Shown piece after piece: positions 45,055-45,690 of a stretch of DNA of 45,690 nucleotides. A program made the translations under genes and the position numbers. This DNA is from Candidatus Hodarchaeota archaeon (GTDB lineage Archaea > Asgardarchaeota > Heimdallarchaeia > Hodarchaeales > Hodarchaeaceae), in assembly GCA_029856365.1 (NCBI GenBank), contig JAHQWW010000023.1, positions 1-45,690 on the forward strand, in the 5' to 3' direction. Numbering within the stretch: the stretch's first letter is position 1; the number at the start of each line of letters is the position of its first letter. The notes beneath the pieces were generated by a model. It was not told the origin of the DNA. It made no database searches and was given only the letters and a program-made list of their open reading frames with translations.

Positions 45055-45690
45055 TCAATCTTCGTCCTCATCTCGGAGAATTTTTAGCGCTTCTCGCAAA
45101 GATAAAGACAGCATGTCGTCTTCTTCCTTATCACCAGTTTCGTCCTTCTGTAAAAGCATACTTGTTAATGATGGCGTAGGTTCAACCACTTCCTCACTTG
45201 GACGGTCAAGACCACTTGTTTTTAATGCTTCATTAAGAGCTTGAAATTCATCTGGTGGTGGAGGTATACTAGGTTTACTTGGTTCGGGGGTGACTTCGGG
45301 TGTATATGTGGGTGTAGGAGTAGGGGTTGGTTCAGGTACGGGGGTCGGTTCAGCTACAGGTGTCGGTTCAGGTACTGGGGTTGGTTTAGGTATAGGGGTC
45401 GGTTCAGCTATAGGGGTTGGTTCAGGTATAGGGGTCGGTTCAGTCATAGGTGTGGGCTGGTGTTTGGGGGCAGGTTCTGCAAGCATTTCTTCTAATGGAG
45501 AAATAGGTTCAACCTCTTCTGTAATCGGTTCTGTTTCTTGAAGTAATTCTTCTAATGGAGAAATAGGCTTCTCTTCAGGTGCAATTCTTGCTGAAAGGCT
45601 GGCACTAGTACTCTTTAGAAATTGAGTGAATTTTAGATCATCTTTAAGTGTTAGATATTGCTTTTTTGCCAATCGAGCCATATCACGTAC
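45055..45690 (-). CDS. C-terminal part of a Pro/Thr/Glu-repeat protein (frame open to window end; start probably outside)
   Basis: No stop between 45690 and ATG 45681; duplicated PISPLEE, (P/A)EPTP(I/V) tandem, acidic end with helix LSLSLREALKILRDEDED. Confidence 0.8.
   Translation of the reverse strand, partial: VRDMARLAKKQYLTLKDDLKFTQFLKSTSASLSARIAPEEKPISPLEELLQETEPITEEVEPISPLEEMLAEPAPKHQPTPMTEPTPIPEPTPIAEPTPIPKPTPVPEPTPVAEPTPVPEPTPTPTPTYTPEVTPEPSKPSIPPPPDEFQALNEALKTSGLDRPSEEVVEPTPSLTSMLLQKDETGDKEEDDMLSLSLREALKILRDEDED
45315..45460 (-). repeat. 18-bp coding tandem repeat, about 7-8 copies of xEPTP(I/V)
   Basis: GGGGTCGGTTCAGCTATA / GGGGTTGGTTCAGGTATA-type units without spacers. Confidence 0.9.

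Noticed and set aside
45241-45541. RFRY-repeat and GVG-repeat plus-strand ORFs; the 18-bp array as CRISPR
   Set aside because: Antisense frames of the PEPT coding repeat; the array has no spacers and varies mostly at codon level.

Overview
AT-rich archaeal chromosomal window with a gene content typical of an Asgard archaeon, most likely a Heimdallarchaeia/Hodarchaeales-like lineage (inference from gene content, not a database result). Left: a partial Arf-like GTPase, an HDAC/AcuC deacetylase and a replication cluster orc1/cdc6-gins23-mcm-hel308, whose two helicases carry three LAGLIDADG inteins. Middle: SIS protein, endonuclease III, a divergent GTPase paired with a GAP1/DENN-like gene, two regulators, a zinc-ribbon/CdvA-like coiled-coil protein, an intron-containing tRNA-Ala(GGC), a four-subunit 2-oxoacid:ferredoxin oxidoreductase operon, and housekeeping genes (elp3, aglH-like, nucleotidyltransferase, mazG, nadA/nadC, dph6). 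Right: a dense cluster of eukaryote-signature-like genes, namely a gelsolin-Rab-MglA-(tsaC)-longin/DENN-like run, a divergently transcribed alpha-solenoid that resembles eukaryotic Get4/TRC35 along its length, a second Rab, a wHTH-coiled-coil-PLD-fold protein, a degenerate gelsolin-like protein and a Pro/Thr-repeat protein. Best candidates for undescribed systems: the Get4-like gene, the GTPase + GAP1/DENN-like pair, and the gelsolin-Rab-MglA-DENN-like module. All family assignments are by-eye motif recognition and need HMM or structure confirmation. No CRISPR array, rRNA or IS element was seen.
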